Source: a virus (taxonomy: Duplodnaviria > Caudoviricetes). Taken from it: a stretch of 25,962 nt of DNA. The stretch is taken from the IMG/VR virus record IMGVR_UViG_3300020042_000672, positions 1 to 25,962 of that record; one strand, given 5' to 3'. Of this stretch, positions 16,400-25,460 are shown in pieces; the stretch's first letter is position 1; every line of letters starts with the position of its first letter. The notes under the pieces are model-generated. The model was given only the letters and a program-made list of their open reading frames with translations. It was not told where the DNA came from and did no database searches. A program made the position numbers and the translations under genes.

Positions 16400-16587
16400 T
16401 GCTAGTCACTACAACCAAAGGCGACATGGACGATTCTTTGCTTGAAAAGCGAGAAGGTACAGTCGATAATGACAATGAACTCACCACATGGGTTGAGTAC
16501 TGGTTAGAGGGTGAGCTTGTCCACCGTTCTGCCCATGTGACTTTGAAAAAAACCGTAACGCTTACTAGCTCAGTGGCATCTTTTTAA
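16399..16587 (+). CDS. 62-aa hypothetical protein
   Basis: TAATG overlap and AAGGA RBS. MLVTTTKGDMDDSLLEKREG...VHRSAHVTLK. Confidence 0.65.
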   Translation: MLVTTTKGDMDDSLLEKREGTVDNDNELTTWVEYWLEGELVHRSAHVTLKKTVTLTSSVASF

Positions 16588-16596
16588 GGAACTAAA

Positions 16597-17088
16597 GTGG
16601 CAAACACCCAATCAATGTGTACTTCTTTTATGAGCCAGCTTATGCTTGGTGAGCATCAACTTGGCACTGCAACGCTTGTCTCACGTACCAGCTTAACCGC
16701 ACCCACTACAGATACGCTCAAAGCGGCTTTGTACTTAGCATCTGCCACAAAAGATGCCAGCACTACTGTTTACAACACAACTGGTGAAGTCTCTGGTACA
16801 GGTTATACGGCTGGCGGTGTGACGGTAACGAATGCCACGGCTCCAACCTCAACCAACACTTCAGCAACTGCTGGTGTGGCGTTCTTTACGCCTTCAGCTT
16901 CACTTGTTTACACCACAGTGACGTTGGCAACGGCGTTTGATACGGTCTTGCTCTACAACTCGACTCAGAGCAACAAGGCTATCAGTGTCCATACGTTTGG
17001 TTCGCAGACCATCACGGCGGGTACTTTTACGCTAACGATGCCTGCCAACACAACCGCAGCGGCGTTAATTCGCTTAGCAACAACTTAA
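16597..17088 (+). CDS. Tail-associated structural protein (paralog B)
   Basis: AAGGA RBS, GTG start. ALYLASATKDASTTVYNTTGEVSGTGYTAGG. Confidence 0.65.
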   Translation: MANTQSMCTSFMSQLMLGEHQLGTATLVSRTSLTAPTTDTLKAALYLASATKDASTTVYNTTGEVSGTGYTAGGVTVTNATAPTSTNTSATAGVAFFTPSASLVYTTVTLATAFDTVLLYNSTQSNKAISVHTFGSQTITAGTFTLTMPANTTAAALIRLATT

Positions 17089-17113
17089 GCGGAGGCGGCG
17101 CAGGCCGTAGACC

Positions 17114-17779
17114 ATGTTTGGTATATCCGCATTTGCACAGGCTCCATACGCATCGTTAGGCGCAAATGACATCACACTTGCCCTGACGGGTGTATCTGCG
17201 ACTGGTGCGGTTGGAACAGTTGGATTTAGTTATTCTTTTGCGCTTACAGGGGTCGTAGCCACAGGTAGTGTAGGTACAGTAGTTCCAAGTCAAGAATTTG
17301 CCTTGACAGGTGTATCGGCGGATGGAGCGGTTGGCACTGTTGTTCCAAGTAGCACAGTCGCGCTGACAGGTGTTTTGGCTTCTGGCGCGGTTGGTACGGT
17401 CATCTACAACGAGTCTGATGCGACCAGCGGTGACGAGGCTGTAGGCTCGGTAGGAACAGTAACCCCAAGTATTACCATCGCTCTGACAGGCGTGACTGCT
17501 TCTGGGGCTGTTGGTACGGTAACTCACGGCGGCATTTCTTTTGCGTTAACTGGTGTTGAGGCGGCTGGAAGTGTTGGATCGGTTGGGATGGTAATGTCTT
17601 TTGCCCTGTCAGGGGTTCAGGCCACAGGCTCAGTTGGAAATGTAATTGCTATATATTGGATATTGGTTGATGACAGCGAAACCTCAAACTGGCAAAATGT
17701 CAACAATTCTCAAACTGCTGGCTGGGCATTGGTAGATAACGCAGAAACATCCAACTGGTCTTTGGTTGAGACGGATTAA
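17114..17779 (+). CDS. Repeat protein, probable fibre/whisker shaft
   Basis: Eight ~20-aa repeats (ALTGVxAxG[A/S]VGTV) then four W-initiated repeats at 11-aa spacing. Confidence 0.75.
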   Translation: MFGISAFAQAPYASLGANDITLALTGVSATGAVGTVGFSYSFALTGVVATGSVGTVVPSQEFALTGVSADGAVGTVVPSSTVALTGVLASGAVGTVIYNESDATSGDEAVGSVGTVTPSITIALTGVTASGAVGTVTHGGISFALTGVEAAGSVGSVGMVMSFALSGVQATGSVGNVIAIYWILVDDSETSNWQNVNNSQTAGWALVDNAETSNWSLVETD

Positions 17780-17787
17780 GGATTCAC

Positions 17788-18264
17788 ATGGCTTTCGTAC
17801 TTGCAGACCGAGTTAAAGAGACTACTACCACGACTGGTACGGGAACAGTGACGCTTCTTGGGGCATCTACTGGGTTTCAGTCTTTTGCCGTCATTGGTAA
17901 CACCAACACCACCTATTACACGATTGCTGGTCAGACGGGTAATGAATGGGAAGTTGGAATTGGTACGTACTCAACATCCGGTACAACTCTCGCCCGTACT
18001 ACGGTTATATCAAACAGTTCGGCTACACAGCCTTCAGCTTTAAGTTTTTCTTCTGGGACAAAAGATGTGTTTGTCACCTATCCAGCAGAATTTACAGCAA
18101 ACGCTATTGGCGGTGGTATTGGTGCGGTGCTTCTCAATGCAGATACCGCCACGGTAAGCGGAACGGTTGCCACTGGGCAGAATGGCTTCACTGTTGGCCC
18201 TCTGACAATCAACAGCGGCGTGACGATCACAATCGCTTCTGGACAAAGGCACGTAATCATATGA
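17788..18264 (+). CDS. Tail fibre proximal/attachment protein
   Basis: AAGGA RBS. LADRVKETTTTTGTG...WEVGIGTY...GTKDVFVTYPA and C-terminal VGPLTINSGVTITI. Confidence 0.7.
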   Translation: MAFVLADRVKETTTTTGTGTVTLLGASTGFQSFAVIGNTNTTYYTIAGQTGNEWEVGIGTYSTSGTTLARTTVISNSSATQPSALSFSSGTKDVFVTYPAEFTANAIGGGIGAVLLNADTATVSGTVATGQNGFTVGPLTINSGVTITIASGQRHVII

Positions 18265-19517
18265 GTACGATCAAGTCATCCACTACAACAACAACTGCAT
18301 ACCAAGTTGTTGCAGACACCACAGGTGCGCTTGTCATCCAAACAGGCGCTACGCCTACGACTGCGGTAACGATTGGCTCAGATCAGTCTGTCACTTTTGC
18401 TGGGGCTGTTTCTTTGTCTGGCAATCAAGCCACAACAGGCAACCTGACAGTCAACGGCAATACTACGTTAGGTGACGCAAACACAGACACTATTCTGATG
18501 ACTGCCGCGCCTAGTATTGGTGGTGCTGGTTTGGGTATGGGTATGGGCTTTAGAAACCGCATCATCAATGGTGCAATGGTGATTGACCAAAGGAATGCGG
18601 GGGCGAGTGTAACTCCCACAGCAGATGCCACATACACACTAGATAGATGGAAAATTAGAAATGGTGGTGGTGCTGGTCGTTTCTCTGTTGTGCAAAGCTC
18701 AACATCTGCGGCCAATTTCCCAACGTCTGCTTTACTGACTGTAACCACTACATCTGCGCCAAGCGGCACTGAGTTTTATGGGTTTGCACAAGATGTTGAA
18801 GGGTACAACATGGCAGATTTTGGTTGGGGTACTGCCAACGCCCAATCAGTAGCTGTGTCTTTCCAAGTTCGTTCAAGTCTTACTGGGACTTATTGTATTT
18901 CTTTAAGAAGTTCTACCGCCGATAGAAGTTATGTTGCTGAATTTACAATTAATTCGGCAAATACATTTGAAACAAAAACAATAACAATTCCAGCCATAAC
19001 TACTGGAACATGGTTATCTACAAATGGTGCTGGACTTTTGTTTGTGGTATGTCTTGGTTCAGGCTCAACAAGAGAGGGGACTGCTGGCTCATGGCAATCG
19101 TCAAACATTGTTGCAACATCAAACCAAGTGGATTGGATTAACACATCAGGCGCTACTTTCTACATCACAGGCGTACAGCTAGAAAAAGGCTCAACAGCGA
19201 CTAGCTTTGATTACAGACCTTATGGTACTGAGTTGGCATTGTGTCAGAGGTATTGTTTTAGGGCTGTTGTTTATGATTTAGGCAGGGCGCAAGATACTAC
19301 TTATACATATTCTCCTGTAGTTAGATTACCAGTAACTATGAGAGCCGCCGCATCTTATACGGCAAGTTCAGGGACATTTACAGTTAATTCAGGTAGTGCA
19401 GGTGTACCGGGTTTAAATTTTTCGTCTGTTGATACAGTGCTTTTTTTCAATTCCTCAAGCAATTGGACAGCTACTGCATTTGTTCAAATTACAGCAACAA
19501 TGACTGCGGAGTTATAA
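18261..19517 (+). CDS. Tail fibre/receptor-binding protein with carbohydrate-binding-like domain
   Basis: True start is ATG 18261 (ATGA overlap). FRNRIINGAMVIDQRN...ITGVQLEKGSTATSFDYRPYGTELALCQRY is a common phage fibre module. Confidence 0.75.
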   Translation: MSTIKSSTTTTTAYQVVADTTGALVIQTGATPTTAVTIGSDQSVTFAGAVSLSGNQATTGNLTVNGNTTLGDANTDTILMTAAPSIGGAGLGMGMGFRNRIINGAMVIDQRNAGASVTPTADATYTLDRWKIRNGGGAGRFSVVQSSTSAANFPTSALLTVTTTSAPSGTEFYGFAQDVEGYNMADFGWGTANAQSVAVSFQVRSSLTGTYCISLRSSTADRSYVAEFTINSANTFETKTITIPAITTGTWLSTNGAGLLFVVCLGSGSTREGTAGSWQSSNIVATSNQVDWINTSGATFYITGVQLEKGSTATSFDYRPYGTELALCQRYCFRAVVYDLGRAQDTTYTYSPVVRLPVTMRAAASYTASSGTFTVNSGSAGVPGLNFSSVDTVLFFNSSSNWTATAFVQITATMTAEL

Positions 19518-19685
19518 ATGTATAAATTAAGTACACCACCTGCATTTAATAATCCAACTTGCGTGGTTCGCTTGTCAGATGTTACCTACATCCCATTTGA
19601 CCCCGACAACACAGACTACCAAGCCTACCTAAAGTGGCTTGCAGAGGGCAACACGCCTGAACCCGCAGATGAGGTAACACAATGA
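19518..19685 (+). CDS. 55-aa tail fibre assembly/chaperone-like protein (not in the ORF track)
   Basis: [38 protein letters not shown] overlap with the next gene. Confidence 0.7.
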   Translation: MYKLSTPPAFNNPTCVVRLSDVTYIPFDPDNTDYQAYLKWLAEGNTPEPADEVTQ

Positions 19686-20479
19686 CCACCACAATCAACG
19701 CAGACAACGGCGTATCCAGCGGTTCAGCGGGTCTGAAGTCCAGTGCTGACAGTACGGGCGTGTTGGCGCTTCAAACAAACGGGACAACGGCGGTATCCAT
19801 AAGCACGGGCCAAGTCGTTACGTTGACCAATGCGCTTGCTGTGGCTTCAGGCGGCACTGGTCTGACAACCGTCCCACATACAGTTCAAGTTTTCACTTCG
19901 GGTTCAGGTACTTATACAACCCCTGCAAACTGCAAAGCCATTTCGGTGCGTATTGTTGGCGGCGGGGGTGGCGGCGCTGGAAATGGCACTACTTTATCTG
20001 CGGGTAGTAGTGGTGGAGCAACAACTTTTGGCTCATCACTTTTAACAGCTAATGCAGGAGTTGGTGCTACAACAAACTCTACGGCAACTACAGCGGGTGG
20101 AACTGCTACTGGAGGAGACATCAACATCTCTGGTGGTGGTGGGCAAGGTTACGATGGTAACAATACAAGCACAAGAGGAGGACAAGGAGGTTCTTCAGCC
20201 TTTGGTGGTAATGGTGCTGGTGGTGGTTCTAATGGTGCTGGTTCTGCTGGCGCAACTAATTCAGGCGGTGGAGGAGGCGGCGCTGGCGCTTCTGGAGCTA
20301 GTGTTGGTCAGGCTGGTGGAGGCGCTGGCGCATATTGTGAAAAACTTATCAATTCACCATCTGCCACATATGCTTACGCTGTTGGCGCAAGTGGAAGTGG
20401 CGGTGCGGCAGGAACAAGCGGATTTGCTGGTGGTGCTGGTGGTTCAGGTGTAATTATTGTTACGGAGTATTATGTATGA
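19682..20479 (+). CDS. Glycine-rich tail fibre/adhesin protein
   Basis: [13 protein letters not shown]...VGGGGGG...[14 protein letters not shown] polyglycine domain. Confidence 0.75.
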   Translation: MTTTINADNGVSSGSAGLKSSADSTGVLALQTNGTTAVSISTGQVVTLTNALAVASGGTGLTTVPHTVQVFTSGSGTYTTPANCKAISVRIVGGGGGGAGNGTTLSAGSSGGATTFGSSLLTANAGVGATTNSTATTAGGTATGGDINISGGGGQGYDGNNTSTRGGQGGSSAFGGNGAGGGSNGAGSAGATNSGGGGGGAGASGASVGQAGGGAGAYCEKLINSPSATYAYAVGASGSGGAAGTSGFAGGAGGSGVIIVTEYYV

Positions 20480-20739
20480 AGTACGCAATTGTTAAAGATG
20501 GAATTGTTGTAAATCTCATCGAATATGAAGAACAACCTACAACTCCTCCTGCTGGTTTTGAAGATGGACATATTGCTATTCAAGCAGATCATGTAAGCAT
20601 TGGTTGGACTTATTCAAACGGCACATTCACAGACCCAAATCCCGCAACATCTGAAACATTTGTGCCAATGTCTCTGACAGACAGGATTTTGGAAAGCCCA
20701 ACAGAGTTAGCAAAACTTAAACAAGCATTGGGGATATAA
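20476..20739 (+). CDS. Small partner protein of the glycine-rich fibre
   Basis: GGAG RBS, ATGA overlap. [15 protein letters not shown]...IGWTY..GTFTDP. Confidence 0.65.
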   Translation: MKYAIVKDGIVVNLIEYEEQPTTPPAGFEDGHIAIQADHVSIGWTYSNGTFTDPNPATSETFVPMSLTDRILESPTELAKLKQALGI

Positions 20740-20740
20740 G

Positions 20741-22087
20741 ATGAGTTTAATTCTTTCAGGCACAGACGGCCTATCCGATGTTGATGGTACTGCCGCAACC
20801 CCTGCTATCAGGGGAACAGATGCAAACACAGGTATCTTCTTCCCTGCCGCTGACACCATTGCTTTTTCTGAAGGTGGTGTTGAGGCTATGCGGATTGATA
20901 GTTCTGGTAATGTGGGGATTGGTGCTAGTTCGCCAGCAAGCCGTTTAAATATTGCAACTGGCGCATCAACATCCTGCACTTTTACTTTGACTTCAAACAA
21001 TACAGGTACTGGCGCAGGAGATAGAGGTAGATTAGATTTTTATTCTGCTTCCAACTCAGGCACTGCTTATCAACTTGGCTACATGGACTACGACAGGTCT
21101 GATGGAACAGGTACGGCATCATATATTGCTTTTGCAAATAGAGTTGCTGGTACTGTTGCCGAACGTATGCGTATCGACTCCTCTGGTAATGTGGGGATTG
21201 GTACGAGTTCGCCAGTGACTTTATTGTCATTAAGTGGCGCATTAAGTTTTACAGCAGTAGCGGCAACACCTGCTGTTGGGTCATCTTTTTTTGCACCTGC
21301 GGCAAATACATTGGCTTTTGGAACTGCATCTACAGAACGCATGCGTATCGACTCCAGCGGTAATGTGGGGATTGGTACTACTTCAATAAGCAACAAACTT
21401 GAAGTTAATGGCTCAGTTAACCTTGCCAATGGTTCTAATTATGGATGGGGTAATCAACAAACAGCAATTCAAGGAAGTACCGCAACAAATGTGATGCAGT
21501 TTTATACTGCGGCAGTAGAACGTATGCGTATTGATGGTGGCGGTAACTTGCAACTGGGGTCGGCAAGTGCGCCTGAGCCGGGAAGGTTGTTCGTGTCATC
21601 AACAAGTGCTTCAGCAGTGCCGTTCGTGCTTCAGCAAACAGCCGCTGGTTCAACAACTCAAAACTCCGTGGTGTTTTATAGAAACTCTACCAGCACTGGC
21701 ACTATTCAAGTAACGGGCACTACTACGGCTTACAACACCTCCTCCGATTACCGTTTAAAAGAAAACGTGCAGCCTATGACAGGCGCGCTTGCTAAAGTGA
21801 CTGCAATGAAACCATGCACCTACACATGGAAATTGGACGGTTCATTGGGAGAAGGGTTTATTGCACATGAGTTAGCAGAAATCGTGCCGCAGGCAGTGGG
21901 CGGTGTAAAAGACGCAGTAGATGCTGATGGAAAAATTATTTCTCAAGGCATTGATACATCATTCTTGGTCGCCACATTGACAGCCGCCATCCAAGAACAA
22001 CAAGCCCTCATCACAGCCCTGACAGCACGAATCACAGCACTGGAAACCCAAAGCGCAGATAATCCCGTACAAGGAGAAGCACCATGA
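20741..22087 (+). CDS. Tail fibre with MRIDSSGNVGIG repeats and C-terminal peptidase S74 intramolecular chaperone
   Basis: Three MRIDSSGNVGIG repeats plus MRIDGGGNLQLG. SSDYRLKEN...GFIAHEL..IVP.AV...LTAAIQEQQ coiled coil. Confidence 0.85.
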   Translation: MSLILSGTDGLSDVDGTAATPAIRGTDANTGIFFPAADTIAFSEGGVEAMRIDSSGNVGIGASSPASRLNIATGASTSCTFTLTSNNTGTGAGDRGRLDFYSASNSGTAYQLGYMDYDRSDGTGTASYIAFANRVAGTVAERMRIDSSGNVGIGTSSPVTLLSLSGALSFTAVAATPAVGSSFFAPAANTLAFGTASTERMRIDSSGNVGIGTTSISNKLEVNGSVNLANGSNYGWGNQQTAIQGSTATNVMQFYTAAVERMRIDGGGNLQLGSASAPEPGRLFVSSTSASAVPFVLQQTAAGSTTQNSVVFYRNSTSTGTIQVTGTTTAYNTSSDYRLKENVQPMTGALAKVTAMKPCTYTWKLDGSLGEGFIAHELAEIVPQAVGGVKDAVDADGKIISQGIDTSFLVATLTAAIQEQQALITALTARITALETQSADNPVQGEAP

Positions 22088-23283
22088 GCAGTACATATTC
22101 CACCAGTCTACGGGTCGAGCTTATTGGCTCTGGCGATCAAGCAGGTACGTGGGGAACCACTACTGATAACAACTTTGCTTACATTTTTGATGCGGCAATT
22201 GCCGGGTATCAGGCGGTAACTATCACCTCAACAAGCCAGCTTTTGACTTCCCTCAACGGGCCAACGTCCTCTGCGGCATTGAATCAGTCCGTGTACGCCA
22301 TTTTAAAATTTAACAGCGCATCTGCGGCAACAAACATTTTTGCTCCACCAGTATCTAAACAATACATCATCTGGAATAACTCCGGATACGCCATAACAAT
22401 TTACAACTCGGCTGTAATTAATGTCATACCTTCGCCAATAACCACAACAGGCGTAACTATTGCAAACGGCAATAAGGTCATGGTTTGGTCAGACGGTACA
22501 AACTTCTATGAAGTCCAAGCCCAAAATTTAACCGGCACACTTGCTATTGCCAACGGCGGTACAGGACAGGTTACAGCAAATGCGGCGTTCAATGCGCTGG
22601 CTCCAGCACAAACAGCTAACCGAGTACTTCGCTCTGACGGCACAAACACTTCGTTTGCTCAAGCGGTACTGACTACTGACGTTACAGGAACATTGCCGGT
22701 TGCTAACGGCGGGACGGGAGTTACAAGCTCAACCGGAACAGGTAATAACGTACTGTCTAGTGGGTTTACTATTACAGCCGGAACAATTAGTGCAACAACA
22801 ATTAATACATCAACACTCAACTCGCCTGCATTAGTAACCCCCGCGCTTGGTACTCCGTCATCTGGCACTTTAACAAACTGCACGTTCCCAACGCTTAACC
22901 AAAACACAACAGGATCGGCAGCGTCTTGTACAGGCAATTCGGCTACAGCCACTGCGCTTTCAACAGCAACGGGTTCTGCTCCATCTTATTCAGCTAGAGC
23001 TTGGGTGGTATTTGATGGTAACGGCACTATTACTGCCAATGCCAACACCACAGGCATGACAAAAAATGGAACGGGCGACTTCACTGTTAATTTTGCAACT
23101 GCAATGTCCGATGCAAATTATGCGGCTTCTGTTGTCAGTCAGTCAAATGGCGGAACTTTTGATGCTTTCTGTATAAAAGACGGAACTGTGCCAACCGCAG
23201 CAGCATTACGTGTGTTCAATTGTTCTGCAACAACTGGTGCAGCAAGAGACCCCAAGCTAATGTGTGTTGCCGTTTTTAAATAA
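22084..23283 (+). CDS. Tail fibre protein
   Basis: AAGGAG RBS. ELIGSGDQAGTWGTTT N-terminus, GTL[A/P]xANGGTG shaft repeats, ARAWVVFDG...GTGDFTVNF tip domain. Confidence 0.75.
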   Translation: MSSTYSTSLRVELIGSGDQAGTWGTTTDNNFAYIFDAAIAGYQAVTITSTSQLLTSLNGPTSSAALNQSVYAILKFNSASAATNIFAPPVSKQYIIWNNSGYAITIYNSAVINVIPSPITTTGVTIANGNKVMVWSDGTNFYEVQAQNLTGTLAIANGGTGQVTANAAFNALAPAQTANRVLRSDGTNTSFAQAVLTTDVTGTLPVANGGTGVTSSTGTGNNVLSSGFTITAGTISATTINTSTLNSPALVTPALGTPSSGTLTNCTFPTLNQNTTGSAASCTGNSATATALSTATGSAPSYSARAWVVFDGNGTITANANTTGMTKNGTGDFTVNFATAMSDANYAASVVSQSNGGTFDAFCIKDGTVPTAAALRVFNCSATTGAARDPKLMCVAVFK

Positions 23284-23292
23284 GGAAAAGAT

Positions 23293-23553
23293 ATGTCACA
23301 AGTAATTATCTACCCAAATGACAACGGTTGGTTATCAGTCGTTATGCCTGCCTTTGATTGCGGCTTATCTGTTGAAGAAATTGCTCGCAAAGACGTACCC
23401 GCTGGCAAACCGTATCACATCATCAACGCAAATCAATTACCTCAAGATAGTGTTTTCTTTTCCGCATGGGAAGCTGATTTCACTAACCCAGCAGGATACG
23501 GTATTGGACATGACGCATGGTTTGCAGAACAAAACGCTAAGGAGCAAGCATGA
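23293..23553 (+). CDS. Tail fibre assembly-like small protein
   Basis: AAGGA RBS. IARKDVPAGKPYHII...LP.D..F..AWE. Confidence 0.65.
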   Translation: MSQVIIYPNDNGWLSVVMPAFDCGLSVEEIARKDVPAGKPYHIINANQLPQDSVFFSAWEADFTNPAGYGIGHDAWFAEQNAKEQA

Positions 23554-23783
23554 TTACGATCAACGTCAGCAAAGCAAAAGTGATTGCGCATACCTACCGA
23601 CGCGAGGCTAGGGCAGCGGAGTTTGTACCGTATGACAACGCAATTGCTAAACAAATTCCCGGTCAGACAGAAGGCGCAGAAGCCGCAAGGCAAGTCATTC
23701 GTGACAAGTACGCCTCTATACAAACAGCAATTGATGCGGCCTCAACAGTTGACGAGATCAAAGCAGCAATGCCGCAGGGTTAA
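23550..23783 (+). CDS. Tail fibre assembly-like small helical protein
   Basis: AAGGAG RBS, ATGA overlap. KAKVIAH..RREAR...IDAASTVDEIK. Confidence 0.65.
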   Translation: MITINVSKAKVIAHTYRREARAAEFVPYDNAIAKQIPGQTEGAEAARQVIRDKYASIQTAIDAASTVDEIKAAMPQG

Positions 23784-23785
23784 AA

Positions 23786-24454
23786 ATTGATCCAATCTCT
23801 ATCCTCTTTGCCGCCAATGCCTGTGTCGCTGCTATTAAGCAGGGATGCAAGCTGTACAAAGACGCTAAAACGTCTTTCATGGAGATTAAAAAAACTGTTG
23901 ATGAAGTTGTCTCAGATGCCAAAGCAGTCAGAAGTTTTTGGCAAAAGCTCTTTGGATCAGCGTCAGCCACCCAAGCCAAGCCTGTGGCGAAAAAGAAGGA
24001 AGCCTACGTTGCCGTTGACGAAACCCAAGTCATGGCAGACATCGTTGTCCAGCTTTCTCAATTTTTTAAGTTGCAAGAACAGCTTGCCGACCACATAAGG
24101 GAAGAGGAAGAAAAGAGCAAATCAGTCTACGACCCTGATGCCAACCTGATGGAAGCCGCCCTTAAACGGGTTATGGCTCAAGACCAAATGGCGCTGTTGG
24201 AGACGGAGATACGAGAGGCGATGGTGTACGGCGCTCCTAAAGAGATGGGGGCTTTGTATAGCAAAGTGTTTGATATGCGGGATGTCATCAAGGTAGAGCA
24301 GGACAAAGCAAGGAAAAAGCGGGATGATGAATCATGGCAACGCAAGGAAGAGGAGCGGCTCCTAAGAGAAAGGCAGGCGTATCTGCTGGCGACTATCCTA
24401 TTCCTCCTATATATGTGGTTGCTCCTCGGCCTCTTGCACAGGATTGGGAAATAG
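23786..24454 (+). CDS. Coiled-coil protein with C-terminal transmembrane helix, possible ATT start
   Basis: The frame is open from ATT 23786 (IDPISILFAANACVAAIKQG...); the first ATG is at 23879. C-terminal YLLATILFLLYMWLLLGLL. Confidence 0.6.
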   Translation: MDPISILFAANACVAAIKQGCKLYKDAKTSFMEIKKTVDEVVSDAKAVRSFWQKLFGSASATQAKPVAKKKEAYVAVDETQVMADIVVQLSQFFKLQEQLADHIREEEEKSKSVYDPDANLMEAALKRVMAQDQMALLETEIREAMVYGAPKEMGALYSKVFDMRDVIKVEQDKARKKRDDESWQRKEEERLLRERQAYLLATILFLLYMWLLLGLLHRIGK

Positions 24455-24639
24455 TTGTGGGGTGGATTGCTGCTTGTGTTCTTGTAGTATTGTTGCTGCC
24501 GCTGATTGGAATGCTGTACATGGATGTGCTGCAAACCAAAAAAGAAGCCCAAGCGCAGATTGAGAAGATGGAAAAGTTACGCAGAGAAGTTGAAAAGGAA
24601 AAAAGAGATGATTCCAATAGTCGCATCCCTCCTCGGTAG
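24334..24639 (+). CDS. Single-TM plus coiled-coil protein (possibly inner-spanin-like)
   Basis: VVGWIAACVLVVLLLPLIGMLY then a charged coiled coil, next to the lysis genes. Start is ATG 24334 or GTG 24457. Confidence 0.5.
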   Translation: MATQGRGAAPKRKAGVSAGDYPIPPIYVVAPRPLAQDWEIVVGWIAACVLVVLLLPLIGMLYMDVLQTKKEAQAQIEKMEKLRREVEKEKRDDSNSRIPPR

Positions 24640-25120
24640 CCTAGCCCAAAATGGGCTGACACTACTGTCGTCTGCCATCCAAGCCAAGGGCAAAGAGGTG
24701 GTTGAGAAAACGCTTGGAGTAAAGATTCCTGACGACCCGACACCTGAAGATGTCAGCAACCTGCGCCAGTTGCAGTTTGAGCATGAGGAACGCTTGCTTG
24801 AGTTAGGTATTGAGAAGGCCAAGATGGAACTGGCTGAGTTACAGATGTTTGCCGATGCCGCCAAGAACGAGGACGACAACGTCACAGACCGCTGGAAATC
24901 GGATATGAACAGCGATTCTTGGCTGTCCAAGAACATCCGCCCGATGAGCCTGATTGCTATCTTTTCAGGTTACTTCCTGTTTGCCATGATGTCTGCCTTT
25001 GGCTATAACGCCAACGAGTCTTATGTATCCCTGCTTGGGCAGTGGGGCATGTTAATTATGGGCGCATACTTCGGCGGCAGAACCATTGAAAAACTAGCCG
25101 AAATGAAAGGCAGAAAATGA
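24608..25120 (+). CDS. Putative holin (GTA 3TM holin-like)
   Basis: Hydrophobic N-terminus and WLSKNIRP-TM-TM-GAYFGGRTIEK C-terminus, immediately upstream of the endolysin. Start ATG 24608. Confidence 0.7.
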   Translation: MIPIVASLLGSLAQNGLTLLSSAIQAKGKEVVEKTLGVKIPDDPTPEDVSNLRQLQFEHEERLLELGIEKAKMELAELQMFADAAKNEDDNVTDRWKSDMNSDSWLSKNIRPMSLIAIFSGYFLFAMMSAFGYNANESYVSLLGQWGMLIMGAYFGGRTIEKLAEMKGRK

Positions 25121-25458
25121 GTTTAAGTACCGAACAAGCCGCGTTTTTGCTGGACATGTGTAAGCTAATCCAGTACGCTACAGACCAAGGATTCGTGGTT
25201 ACCGGCGGGGAACTTGCCCGTACGCCCGAACAGCAAGCCATTTATTTTAAGACGGGGCGTTCCAAGACAATGAATTCCATCCATCTAAAGCGGTGCGCCA
25301 TAGATTTGAATTTTTTCAAGGATGGAAAAATCATTTGGGACAAGGCAATCCTTGCGCCTTTGGGCGCATATTGGGAGACACTGCACCCAAAGAACCGTTG
25401 GGGCGGCAACTTCAAGTCCCTTGTTGATTGCCCTCATTTTGAGCGCAATGTAGGCTAA
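25117..25458 (+). CDS. Endolysin, peptidase M15 (L-Ala-D-Glu peptidase-like)
   Basis: RT.EQQ, NSIH....AID and WGG.F....D.PHFE zinc-peptidase motifs. Confidence 0.88.
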   Translation: MSLSTEQAAFLLDMCKLIQYATDQGFVVTGGELARTPEQQAIYFKTGRSKTMNSIHLKRCAIDLNFFKDGKIIWDKAILAPLGAYWETLHPKNRWGGNFKSLVDCPHFERNVG

Positions 25459-25460
25459 TC

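Noticed and set aside
17946-18260. 105-aa N-terminal extension of the 523-aa ORF in the track
   Set aside because: It overlaps the 17788-18264 gene out of frame and has shadow-frame composition (W/C/R-rich). ATG 18261 has a clean ATGA coupling.
1142-25241. Numerous minus-strand and alternate-frame ORFs in the track
   Set aside because: They lie within well-supported plus-strand genes and show no recognisable motifs.
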